A stretch of 64,000 nucleotides of DNA. Source: Gemmatimonadaceae bacterium (lineage in GTDB: Bacteria; Gemmatimonadota; Gemmatimonadetes; Gemmatimonadales; Gemmatimonadaceae). A model generated the notes under the pieces. The model worked only from the letters and a program-made list of their open reading frames with translations, was not told where the DNA came from and did no database searches. Location: positions 1,725,722 to 1,789,721 of the forward strand of contig JBHYGA010000001.1 of assembly GCA_051859245.1 (NCBI GenBank), written 5' to 3'. Positions 42,822 through 52,031 of this stretch are shown here, piece by piece; position 1 is the stretch's first letter; the number at the start of each line of letters is the position of its first letter. A program made the position numbers and the translations under genes.

Positions 42822-44070
42822 TCAGCTGAGCGCGCCCATGCGCGCCATGCTCGACCAGCTCGCCGCGGGCGACCTGTCGCAGGCGCTCACTGTTCGCGCC
42901 CTGATTATCGCGGCGCTGAAGAACGCGTCCTTCGGTGAGCCATCTGCCCAGATGGAGCACGGCAGTGCGCCGCTGTACGCGGTGGCCAATGAGTATCGCA
43001 CGCTCAAACTCAGCGCGCTGGCGGCAGAGGGACGAAATCTTGCCTCAGCCGCTGATCGGTTGAGTGAAGACGAAGTCCGGCATTCGCTCTCAACGGTTGT
43101 TCTTCCGGCGTTGGCGGCTGACGGCATCGTGGTGCTTCCGCTCGACGGAATGACTGCGCCCGACGCCCATGTGCAGCTGGCCCCGGCGCTCTGGAGCGCA
43201 GCTCTGGCATCGCCCGACGCTGTGTTGGCGGCGCTTCCCGATGCCGCTACGCCCGCCGCGCGCGCGCTCGCGACTCCGCATGACGCGCCGGTCGTGGGTG
43301 GCAGCGAGCTCGCCGCACGTGGTCTTGTGAAGGTGTACCGCGGTCGCACCGTCGTGAACGACGTGGCGCTGCAGCTTCGGCAGGGCGAGATCGTGGGCTT
43401 GCTCGGCCCGAACGGCGCCGGCAAGACCACCACGTTCTACATGATCGTTGGGCTGATCGCGCCGCTGATGGGCCAGATCACCTTCGACGGGGAAGACATC
43501 ACGCGCACGCCAATGTACAAGCGGGCGCAGCGAGGCATCGGCTATCTGGCGCAAGAGCCGTCCATCTTTCGCAAACTCACCGTAGAAGACAACATTCTGG
43601 CAATCCTTGAAACGCTCGACCTGTCGAAGAGCGAGCGTCTCGCGCGGCTCGAGACGTTGCTCGATGAGCTCAAGATCAAGCACCTTCGGCGAAGCAAGGC
43701 GTTTCAGTTGTCTGGTGGTGAACGACGTCGCCTCGAGATCACGCGCGCGTTGGTCACCGAGCCGAAGTTCATGATGCTCGACGAACCGTTTGCGGGCGTT
43801 GATCCGATTGCCGTAGATGACATCCAGAAGATCGTAGCGCAGTTGCGGTACCGGGGGATCGGCGTCCTCATTTCAGATCACAACGTCGAGCAGACGCTGG
43901 ACATCGTGGATCGGGCCTACATCATGTATGATGGTCAGGTGAAAGCCGCGGGTACGGTGCGCGAGCTGGTGTTTGACGACGAAGTGTCCCGGATGTACCT
44001 GGGTCCCACCTTGACCGCGCGCCTTCGCTCGCGGTTTGCCGAGTCGACTGTGGAGGCAACAGCGACATGA
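42790..44070 (+). CDS. lptB: LPS export ABC ATPase LptB with ~170-aa N-terminal extension
   Basis: GPNGAGKTT, YLAQEPSIFRKL, LSGGERRRLEI, LDEPFAGVDP, SDHNV, YLG. Confidence 0.93.
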   Translation: MTEHTPAEHDDQLSAPMRAMLDQLAAGDLSQALTVRALIIAALKNASFGEPSAQMEHGSAPLYAVANEYRTLKLSALAAEGRNLASAADRLSEDEVRHSLSTVVLPALAADGIVVLPLDGMTAPDAHVQLAPALWSAALASPDAVLAALPDAATPAARALATPHDAPVVGGSELAARGLVKVYRGRTVVNDVALQLRQGEIVGLLGPNGAGKTTTFYMIVGLIAPLMGQITFDGEDITRTPMYKRAQRGIGYLAQEPSIFRKLTVEDNILAILETLDLSKSERLARLETLLDELKIKHLRRSKAFQLSGGERRRLEITRALVTEPKFMMLDEPFAGVDPIAVDDIQKIVAQLRYRGIGVLISDHNVEQTLDIVDRAYIMYDGQVKAAGTVRELVFDDEVSRMYLGPTLTARLRSRFAESTVEATAT

Positions 44071-45563
44071 AGACGGGTTTGCAGCAGAGCACTTCGCTCC
44101 GTCAAGAGCTGAAGATCAATCCACGCCTGTATCAGGCGATGGATCTGCTGTACATGCCCCTGCTCGACCTGCAGCAGCACCTCAAGCAGGAGTTGCTCAC
44201 CAATCCGTTTCTCGAACTCGTTGAGCCGGACGACGAAGAAGCCGAAGCGGAAGACGACAACGATAGCGAGCAGTCGGAGCCGGAAAATCTCGTCGAGGCC
44301 GAAACCACGGCCGAAGCGGAACCCGAGAAATCGGGCGACGATGATATCGACTGGGAAGGCGTGCTGCTCGACGGGTTCGAAACGGGTGGACAGCGCGAAG
44401 AAGCCGATACCCGTGAGTATTACGAACCGGTCACGGTGGCGGTGCATGATCTCTCCGATCATCTCAAGGAACAGATTGCGCTGCTTGATCTCACGCCGCG
44501 CCAGGAACTGTTGGCAGAAGAGTTTGTCGGCAACATTGACGAATCGGGACATCTGGCGGCTACGCTCGATGAGATTCGTGATGGCGTGAACGATGTGCTC
44601 ATTCGCGCGGCCGAGGAGCTGGATGTGCCGCCTGCCACACCGTTCACCGATGAAGAAGTGCTCGCCATGCTGCGCGTGATTCAGGAACTGGATCCGCCGG
44701 GCGTTGGCGCGCGCGATCTGCGCGAATGCCTGCTGTTGCAGCTTGAAGCCGCGGGCGCCAAGGGCTCGCTCGCGTGGCGACTGGTCGATGAAGCGTTTGA
44801 AGAGCTGATTGCGCATCGCTGGAGTGAAGTGTCCAAGCGCTTTGGCATCAACGCGCAGGATGTGCAGAACACTGCGGACGAAGTGGCGCGCCTCGATCCC
44901 AAACCCGGCCTGCGTTTTTCATCGAGCAGCGAAGATTACATTGTGCCCGATCTCGTCATCGACAAGATCGACGGGCAGTACCACGTGTTTCTCAACGATG
45001 GCAATCTGCCGCGCCTCAAGCTGAGCCGTTCGTATCAGGAGCTCGCGCGCGATCGCAAGCGCTTTGATACCGAGAGCAAGGATTTCATCGCGTCCAAGCT
45101 GAACTCCGCGAACTGGATGATTCAGGCCATTGAACAGCGTCGACAGACGATGCTCAAGGTGATGCACTTTATCGTTGACCGTCAGCGTGACTTTTTTGAG
45201 CGCGGTGTACAGTATCTGCGTCCGCTCACACTGCGCGAAGTCGCCGAAGCCGTTGGCATGCACGAGAGCACGGTCAGTCGCGTGACCAACGAAAAGTTTG
45301 TGCAGACGCCGCGCGGTGTGCTTCCGCTCAAGTTTTTCTTTTCGTCGGGCCTTTCCACGTCAGACGGTGACGACGTGTCGGCGCGCGGTATTCGCGATCA
45401 GATCGAAAAACTGGTGAGCGGCGAAGATGTGCTGAACCCGCTCACTGACCAGGCCATCGTCGAGATCCTGCTCAAAACGGGCGTGCAGATCGCACGACGT
45501 ACCGTGGCAAAGTATCGCGACCAGCTTGGCATTCTACCCGCGCGCATGCGCAAGCGAGTTTGA
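44067..45563 (+). CDS. rpoN: RNA polymerase sigma-54 factor
   Basis: Gln/Leu-rich region I, NPFLE, DPPGVGARDLRECL, MHESTVSR, RpoN box ARRTVAKYR. Confidence 0.97.
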   Translation: MKTGLQQSTSLRQELKINPRLYQAMDLLYMPLLDLQQHLKQELLTNPFLELVEPDDEEAEAEDDNDSEQSEPENLVEAETTAEAEPEKSGDDDIDWEGVLLDGFETGGQREEADTREYYEPVTVAVHDLSDHLKEQIALLDLTPRQELLAEEFVGNIDESGHLAATLDEIRDGVNDVLIRAAEELDVPPATPFTDEEVLAMLRVIQELDPPGVGARDLRECLLLQLEAAGAKGSLAWRLVDEAFEELIAHRWSEVSKRFGINAQDVQNTADEVARLDPKPGLRFSSSSEDYIVPDLVIDKIDGQYHVFLNDGNLPRLKLSRSYQELARDRKRFDTESKDFIASKLNSANWMIQAIEQRRQTMLKVMHFIVDRQRDFFERGVQYLRPLTLREVAEAVGMHESTVSRVTNEKFVQTPRGVLPLKFFFSSGLSTSDGDDVSARGIRDQIEKLVSGEDVLNPLTDQAIVEILLKTGVQIARRTVAKYRDQLGILPARMRKRV

Positions 45564-45567
45564 TCGC

Positions 45568-46584
45568 GTGAAGGTTGCCACGCCAACGTCTGCATTCGCC
45601 GACACACGCCCGCGCGTTGCCGCACCGGCAACGCTTGATGTCAGCGTGTTGGTACCCGCGAAAGACGAAGCGCAGAATCTGCCGTTGTTCATGCAGCAAG
45701 CGGCGGAGGTCTTTGCACCGCTCAACACGCGCTTTGAAGTGCTGGTGATCGACGACGGATCAACAGACGGTACGTGGGACGTATTGCAAGCGCTGCAGCA
45801 GCAGTACTCGTTTCTGCGCGCGGTACGTCATCGTACGCAGCGCGGTATCGCCGAGGCGCTGCGCACCGGCTGGCTGCACGCGCGTGCCGACGTGCTCGTG
45901 TTTTATCCTGCCGATCTCCAGTTCAAGCCAGAGGACATTCCGCGCCTTGTCGCGCCGATTCTTGCCGGTGAGTCGGATATGGTCACTGGGTTCAAGCAGG
46001 GCGTCTACGAAAAGGCGTTTGTCTCACGCATTTACAACGGCTTGAGCCGACGGCTCTTTCGTGTGTCGGTGCGTGACCTGAACAACGTGAAAGCGTATCG
46101 GCGCGAGATCATGCAAGCGCTGCCGATGCGCCCGGACTGGCACCGGTACATGATTGTGCTCGCGGCCAATCAGGGCTACACGGTCAGCGAGATTCCGATT
46201 CCGTTGTATCCGCGTCACGCCGGTCGCTCCAAGTTCGGCATCAGTCGCATTCCAATCGGCGTGCTCGACATGCTGGCCGTGTGGTTCGAGTTGCGCTTTG
46301 GACAAAAGCCGTTGCTTGCGTTCGGCATGATGGGCGCCGCACTGTTTGCGCTCGGTGTGCTCACCGGCCTTGTCGCAGTGGGTGTGCGCGTGTTTTCCGG
46401 TGTTGGCTTTCGCCCGCTGCTCACGCTCGTTGATACATGCCTGACTCTCGGCAGCGTGTTCTTCGCCACTGGCTTGCTCGGCGAACAGATCGCGCAACAG
46501 CGCGCAGAACTGCGTGACATTCGCCGTGCGCTCGATGAAGTGCTGGCCGATCGCGAGGCGTCCCGCGCGCGCGGCGACGTCTGA
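45568..46584 (+). CDS. GT2 polyprenol-phosphate glycosyltransferase (ArnC/GtrB-like, C-terminal TM helices)
   Basis: VSVLVPAKDE, IDDGSTDGT, ADLQ, R..GRSKF, two C-terminal TMs ending GLLGEQI; GTG 45568 chosen (track start 45526). Confidence 0.85.
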   Translation: MKVATPTSAFADTRPRVAAPATLDVSVLVPAKDEAQNLPLFMQQAAEVFAPLNTRFEVLVIDDGSTDGTWDVLQALQQQYSFLRAVRHRTQRGIAEALRTGWLHARADVLVFYPADLQFKPEDIPRLVAPILAGESDMVTGFKQGVYEKAFVSRIYNGLSRRLFRVSVRDLNNVKAYRREIMQALPMRPDWHRYMIVLAANQGYTVSEIPIPLYPRHAGRSKFGISRIPIGVLDMLAVWFELRFGQKPLLAFGMMGAALFALGVLTGLVAVGVRVFSGVGFRPLLTLVDTCLTLGSVFFATGLLGEQIAQQRAELRDIRRALDEVLADREASRARGDV

Positions 46585-46598
46585 GCAACACACGCGAC

Positions 46599-47792
46599 GT
46601 GTCCGCGTCTCCGCGCGTGTTGTTTGTGACGCACAATTTTCCTCGCCACGAAGGCGATGCGGCAGGCTCGTTTGTCTTGCGACTGGCCCGGGCCTTAACT
46701 GATGCGGGCGCGTCGGTGCACGTCCTCGCGCCGGCCGCACCGAAGCTCGCTGCGCGCGACGTCATCGAAGGCATCCCGGTGGAACGCGTACGCTACGCCT
46801 CCGATGATAAACAAACGCTGGCCTACGAAGGCACGATGGCCGAGTCGGTTCGTGCATCGTGGTCAGGCCGGTTCGCGTTATTGGGATTGTTGTGGCACGT
46901 TCGTCGCGCCGTCACGCGCGCGCTTGCAGAGGCGCGACGACGCGGCGAGCCGTTTGACATTGTGCACGCACACTGGTGGTTTCCCTCCGCGCTCGCCGTT
47001 TGGCAGAGTGGGCTCGGACGAGCAGGTGCACCGCCGCTCGTGATCACGATGCACGGCAGTGACGTTCGGCTTGCGCGATCGGTAAAACCGTCGCACGCTA
47101 TCATGCGCGCGGTCCTTGGTAGCGCACGCGCCGTCACGGCCGTTTCATCGTGGCTGGCTCGCGAAGCCATGCACATCGCACCAGCGGTGAAGGTGGACGT
47201 TGCCCCGATGCCGGTCGACATCGCACACTTTACGCCCGGAGTCGTACCGCGCAGCGGCAGGCTCCTGTTTGTGGGCCGTCTCAACGCGCAAAAGGGCGCG
47301 GCCGATCTGCTGGATGCCCTCGCCCGCACTACACACGACGTACACTGCGACATCGTTGGCGACGGATCGGATCGTGAGGCGCTGCAACAGCGCGCACGCA
47401 CACTTGGTGTGGAGGCACGCGTGCATTGGCACGGTGCACTGATGTCGCACGCGCTGCCGGCGTTGTACGCGCGTGCGCTCGCAACGATCATGCCCTCGAG
47501 AGAGGAAGGCCTTGGCCTTGTGGCCGTGGAGTCACAGCTGTGTGAAACACCAGTGATCGCCTACGACTCGGGCGGGCTGTCTGATGTGGTGCAGAGCGAA
47601 CACGGCGGAACGTTGGTGACGGTTGGTGATACCGCAGCACTCGCACGCGCGATCGATGCACTCGCAGATGATCCGGAGCGCGCGGCCATAATGGGCCGGG
47701 CAGCGCGCGCTCGCGTGCTCGATGTATTCAGCCCATCGCAGGTCGCCGCGCGATATCTCGCGGTGTACGGAACCGCGATCCGAACGTCGTGA
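46599..47792 (+). CDS. GT4 (GT-B fold) glycosyltransferase
   Basis: VHAHWW, TMHGSD, FVGRL..QKG, IVGDG, PSREEGLGLVAVE. Confidence 0.9.
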   Translation: MSASPRVLFVTHNFPRHEGDAAGSFVLRLARALTDAGASVHVLAPAAPKLAARDVIEGIPVERVRYASDDKQTLAYEGTMAESVRASWSGRFALLGLLWHVRRAVTRALAEARRRGEPFDIVHAHWWFPSALAVWQSGLGRAGAPPLVITMHGSDVRLARSVKPSHAIMRAVLGSARAVTAVSSWLAREAMHIAPAVKVDVAPMPVDIAHFTPGVVPRSGRLLFVGRLNAQKGAADLLDALARTTHDVHCDIVGDGSDREALQQRARTLGVEARVHWHGALMSHALPALYARALATIMPSREEGLGLVAVESQLCETPVIAYDSGGLSDVVQSEHGGTLVTVGDTAALARAIDALADDPERAAIMGRAARARVLDVFSPSQVAARYLAVYGTAIRTS

Positions 47793-48763
47793 GTGCGCAA
47801 CAGGTGACGTCGCCACCGGCGAGCGGAAAGCAATGGTGGTGGCGTGCGCTCCAGGTGCTACTGCTCGTCGCACTGTTCGTTTTGATTGCGCGCGAACTCT
47901 CGGAGCAGCGCGACGCGCTAAGAGCGGCTGCGGCGTCGGTGCAGCTCCAATGGCATCTGATCGCAATTGCGAGTGCGATCGTACTCGCCACCTACGCGGC
48001 GCTTATTCAGAGTTGGCGCATGCTCATGGCCGGGTGGGGCAGTCACATCGGCTTCCTGAATGCGACACGCATCTGGACTATTGCCAATCTTGGCAGATAC
48101 ATCCCGGGAAAGATCTGGTCCGTTGGCGCGCTCGTTGTCCTGGCGCAGCGTGAAGGGGTGAACGGCGTGGCCTCGGCCGGCGCCGCGCTCCTGGGTACGG
48201 CCATCAATATTGGTGCGGGTATGGGCGTCGTGTCCCTCGCGGGCGCGGCGGTGCTCAACGTGTTGGGCCCGGGTTATCGCCTGACCGCGTGGATTGGCAG
48301 CGCACTCTTTGTTGTGGGCGTACTGGCATTGCCATGGATCCTACCGGCGCTCTTGCGATTTCTGGCGGCGCGGCGTGCAGGGCTGGAGCCACCGGCGCGC
48401 GCACTCCCCAACAGCGCCGTGTGGGCCGCCGTATCAATCAACATTGCCTCCTGGCTTGGCTACGGCGCGGCGTTCGCGATTTTCTGCCACGCTTTGTTGC
48501 CCGACATCAGTGGCGCCTTACCGGCTTTTGTCGCAATTTGGACTGCTTCATACCTGGTGGGGTACCTGTTTCTCGTTGCGCCCGGTGGCATCGGTGCGCG
48601 AGAGACGGCGCTTGTTGCTGCCATGGTCGCGCTCGGCGTTGCCACATCAGCGGAGGCCGCGGTACTCGCGGCGGCGTCTCGCATTTGGCTGATCGTTCTG
48701 GAAGTACTGCCGGGCCTCATAAGTCTTGCTCTCGCTCCTGCATCGCGATCGCGCGCACCGTGA
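47789..48763 (+). CDS. Flippase-like membrane protein (LPG-synthase TM / UPF0104 family)
   Basis: About 8 TMs; NLGRYIPGKIW and APGGIGARE motifs. Confidence 0.82.
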   Translation: MSAQQVTSPPASGKQWWWRALQVLLLVALFVLIARELSEQRDALRAAAASVQLQWHLIAIASAIVLATYAALIQSWRMLMAGWGSHIGFLNATRIWTIANLGRYIPGKIWSVGALVVLAQREGVNGVASAGAALLGTAINIGAGMGVVSLAGAAVLNVLGPGYRLTAWIGSALFVVGVLALPWILPALLRFLAARRAGLEPPARALPNSAVWAAVSINIASWLGYGAAFAIFCHALLPDISGALPAFVAIWTASYLVGYLFLVAPGGIGARETALVAAMVALGVATSAEAAVLAAASRIWLIVLEVLPGLISLALAPASRSRAP

Positions 48764-48829
48764 CGGGCTCTTGCCCAACGGGGTTCGCTCGTGTGTGGAC
48801 GCGTTCCTCGTTATCCCCTGATTGCTCGC

Positions 48830-51259
48830 ATGGATCGAACTGACTCTACGCTGCCCGACTGGACCCCACGGTTTGCCTGGGGCTGGGCAGTCCTGACATG
48901 CCTGATCTGCACCATGCTGCTCGCCTGGCCCGCCCTGAGCGGCGGCTTCCTGGTGAATCCGCATTCCGATCAATACATCGCGGGTTATTCGTTCCGTCAT
49001 TTCGCAGCGCAAATGCTGCAAAGCGGTCAGGGCATACCGCAGTGGAACCCGTACCTGCAAGGCGGCATGCCGTACGTGGCCGCAATGCACGGCGACATTT
49101 TTTATCCCACGTTTTTGCTGCGCATGTTGTTGCCAACAGACGTGGCGATGACCTGGGGCTTCGTGATTCACACCATGCTGGCCGGTGTGTTTACCATCGG
49201 GTTTCTGCGCGCGGTCGGGATGGGCTTGCTGCCGGCAACCGTCGGCGGGGTGGCCTACATGCTGAGCGGTCAGCTCGCGTCGTTTCCGAGTCCGGGCCAC
49301 GACGGCAAGCTCTTTGTGAGCACGCTGCTGCCGCTCACGCTCTGGATGCTGGTGCGAGGCGTGCGTGACGGGAGAAAATGGGCGTGGGGCGCGCTGGCCA
49401 TCGTCGTTGGACTGGGTGTGTTGTCGCCGCATCCGCAGTTGCTGCAGTATCTGTTGCTGACCGCAGGCGCGTTCGCGCTGTTCATTGCACTCAAGCCGTC
49501 GGCTGTGTCTGTGACGGCACCAACAGGCAAGAGCACCGACGCGACGGCAAAAAAGACGCAGCTGCCGCGACTCGGTCTCGCGCTCGGCGCAGTCGCGATC
49601 GGTTTCGCGATCGGCGCGGTCCAGTTTCTTCCGGTGAGCGAATACGTGGACTGGTCGCCGCGTGAAGGTGGCAAGGACTACACGTACGCGTCGTCGTACT
49701 CCATGCCGCTTGAAGAAACGATCAACATGTGGATTCCGCAGTTCTCCGGTATTCTCGACAACTACTGGGGATCAAATGGCATTCACTTCCACAGCGAATA
49801 CCTCGGCGTTGCGGTCATTCTCCTGGCGTTTGCCGGTCTCGCCGGCGGCGTGCACAAACACATGCGGGCGCACGCCTGGTTCTGGCTCGGCACCGCGATC
49901 GTCACGCTCTTCTGGGCGTGGGGCGGCAACACGCCGTTCTACAAACTGGTGTACTGGCTGGTGCCAGGCTCCAAGTATTTCCGCGCGCCCAGCACAATTC
50001 TGTTCGTGGTCACGTTCTCCACAGCCATGCTGGCGGCCTTTGGCGCGGAGCGTCTGCTGGGCGGAAAGCTGAGTAATCGGTTCGCCATCGGCGCGGCGGC
50101 GGCGGGCGTGCTGACGGCTGTGCTCGCGTCGGTCGGCTTTTTCTCAAGCATCGCGCAAGCCGTGATGGTGGATCCGTCGCTGATCGTCAAAGTCGACGCA
50201 AACGCTTCGGCTCTGGTGGCCGGTGGCTGGCGCGTGGCGGTGGTGGCGTTGCTCGTGGCCGCGATCGCGTTTGCCGCCACGCAAAAAAAGCTCCCGGCTC
50301 GCGCACTGGGAATCGCGCTGATCGCGGTGGTGGCTCTCGACCTGTGGAGTATCGGTCGGCAGTACTGGCTCTTCAGCGAGGGCGCGGACAAGCTCTTCGC
50401 GACAGACGCCGTCGTGGACTATCTCGCCGCGCAGAAAGAACCCGGCCGCGTCATTACTGGCGCGTTCGAGGGCGGGGAGCCGATCAATGGTCGGGACCCG
50501 TTCTACGGACACTCCGGTCTCATGGCCTACAATATCAGAGCGGTCACAGGCTACCACGGCAACGAGCTTGGTCGCTATCGCCGACTGATCGAGTCGACGG
50601 AGAGTGGGATGTTTGGCAATCCCAACTTTTGGGCACTAGCCAATGTCCAGTATTTGTACACTAACCTTCCTGAGTTGCCAATCGAAGGCGCAACCAAGGT
50701 GGCCGGGCCGGCAACCAACGCGGCTGGCAACACCGTCTATCTGTACCGAATGCCGGGCGAAAATCCGTACGCGTGGGTTGTCCCGCTGCGAGTGAAGTCC
50801 GACGACGAAAGCGCACTCGCCACCGTGATCGATCCGCGATTCAATCTCGATCGCGCGGTCTTGTTCGCCGCCGACGCGCCGGTCAACGCACAGGAAGCAA
50901 ACAAGGTGGCCACGGTGCCTGAACCGCTGGACGTCAAAGCGCGCGTGACGAGTTATGCGCCAGGCGCCGTGGATATCACGCTGGAAGGCGCGGTACCCGA
51001 AGGCGCGACACTGGTGGTTTCCGAGAACTTCTACCCGGGTTGGACCGCCACCGTGGACGGCGCGAACGCACCAATTGGCCGCGCGAATTACGTGATTACC
51101 GGTGTGGAGCTTCCGGCCGGCGCGAAGTCGGTGAGCCTGCGCTTTGACAATCCAAAGAACCACACGGGACGGCTGGTGACCTTGCTCGCGCTGGGACTGG
51201 CGGTGCTCTGGCTGGCGTACGGGGTGGTGGCGGATCGCCGGAGTGTTCCGAGTGCCTGA
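48830..51259 (+). CDS. YfhO-family GT-C-type multi-pass membrane glycosyltransferase
   Basis: N-terminal TM followed by SD; PQWNPY..GG.P, FYP, AYMLSG, HPQ, E..YLG, FRAPS, DLW, GYH; C-terminal LVVSENFYPGW.A.VDG. Confidence 0.82.
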   Translation: MDRTDSTLPDWTPRFAWGWAVLTCLICTMLLAWPALSGGFLVNPHSDQYIAGYSFRHFAAQMLQSGQGIPQWNPYLQGGMPYVAAMHGDIFYPTFLLRMLLPTDVAMTWGFVIHTMLAGVFTIGFLRAVGMGLLPATVGGVAYMLSGQLASFPSPGHDGKLFVSTLLPLTLWMLVRGVRDGRKWAWGALAIVVGLGVLSPHPQLLQYLLLTAGAFALFIALKPSAVSVTAPTGKSTDATAKKTQLPRLGLALGAVAIGFAIGAVQFLPVSEYVDWSPREGGKDYTYASSYSMPLEETINMWIPQFSGILDNYWGSNGIHFHSEYLGVAVILLAFAGLAGGVHKHMRAHAWFWLGTAIVTLFWAWGGNTPFYKLVYWLVPGSKYFRAPSTILFVVTFSTAMLAAFGAERLLGGKLSNRFAIGAAAAGVLTAVLASVGFFSSIAQAVMVDPSLIVKVDANASALVAGGWRVAVVALLVAAIAFAATQKKLPARALGIALIAVVALDLWSIGRQYWLFSEGADKLFATDAVVDYLAAQKEPGRVITGAFEGGEPINGRDPFYGHSGLMAYNIRAVTGYHGNELGRYRRLIESTESGMFGNPNFWALANVQYLYTNLPELPIEGATKVAGPATNAAGNTVYLYRMPGENPYAWVVPLRVKSDDESALATVIDPRFNLDRAVLFAADAPVNAQEANKVATVPEPLDVKARVTSYAPGAVDITLEGAVPEGATLVVSENFYPGWTATVDGANAPIGRANYVITGVELPAGAKSVSLRFDNPKNHTGRLVTLLALGLAVLWLAYGVVADRRSVPSA

Positions 51260-52019
51260 TCGCTCTACACCGTGGTCCCCGCAGGCTCCGATACCTGAAG
51301 GCGAACGTGCACTCGTGATCGTGCCCACGTACAACGAGCGCGAAAACATTCTGAAAATCGTGCCACGCATTCTGGCCGAGGATCCTCGGCTTGAAGTCCT
51401 GGTCGTGGACGATAACTCGCCCGACGGCACCGGTCAGCTCGCGGACCAACTTGCCGCGGCCGATCCGCGCGTGAACGTGCTGCATCGACCGGGAAAAGCC
51501 GGCCTCGGTCGCGCCTATCTGGCGGGCTTCGAATGGGCCTTGCAGCGTGACTATGCGTACATCTTTGAGATGGACGCGGACTTCTCGCACGATCCGGCGC
51601 ACCTCACGGAGTTCCTGCACGCGATTCAGGACGCCGATATGGTGCTCGGATCGCGGTATCGTCAGGGCAGGGTAACCGTTGTGAACTGGCCGATGACTCG
51701 GCTGTTGCTCTCGTACTCGGCCAACATTTACGCGCGCCTGGTGACGGGGCTCCATCTGGGCGATGCCACCGGTGGCTTTAAGTGCTTCCGGCGCAAAGTG
51801 CTCGAAGCAATTCCGCTGGATCAGGTACGATCAAACGGGTACGCTTTTCAGATCGAGATGAGCTACCGCGCCTGGAAGCGCGGATTCCGAATTGCTGAGA
51901 TCCCGATCGTGTTTAATGATCGCACCGAAGGCGAGTCGAAGATGTCCAAACGCATCGTTCGCGAGGCGGTGTGGATGGTGTGGCGACTTCGCTGGTGGGG
52001 CATTACTGGCCGCTATTGA
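51252..52019 (+). CDS. Polyprenol monophosphomannose synthase-like GT2 (DPM1/Ppm1 family)
   Basis: VIVPTYNERENI, VDDNSPDGTG, GLGRAYLAGF, MDADFSHDP, GSRY, DATGGF, SNGYAFQIE, R..GESKMS. Confidence 0.9.
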   Translation: MPDRSTPWSPQAPIPEGERALVIVPTYNERENILKIVPRILAEDPRLEVLVVDDNSPDGTGQLADQLAAADPRVNVLHRPGKAGLGRAYLAGFEWALQRDYAYIFEMDADFSHDPAHLTEFLHAIQDADMVLGSRYRQGRVTVVNWPMTRLLLSYSANIYARLVTGLHLGDATGGFKCFRRKVLEAIPLDQVRSNGYAFQIEMSYRAWKRGFRIAEIPIVFNDRTEGESKMSKRIVREAVWMVWRLRWWGITGRY

Positions 52020-52031
52020 GCCTGCGGGTCT

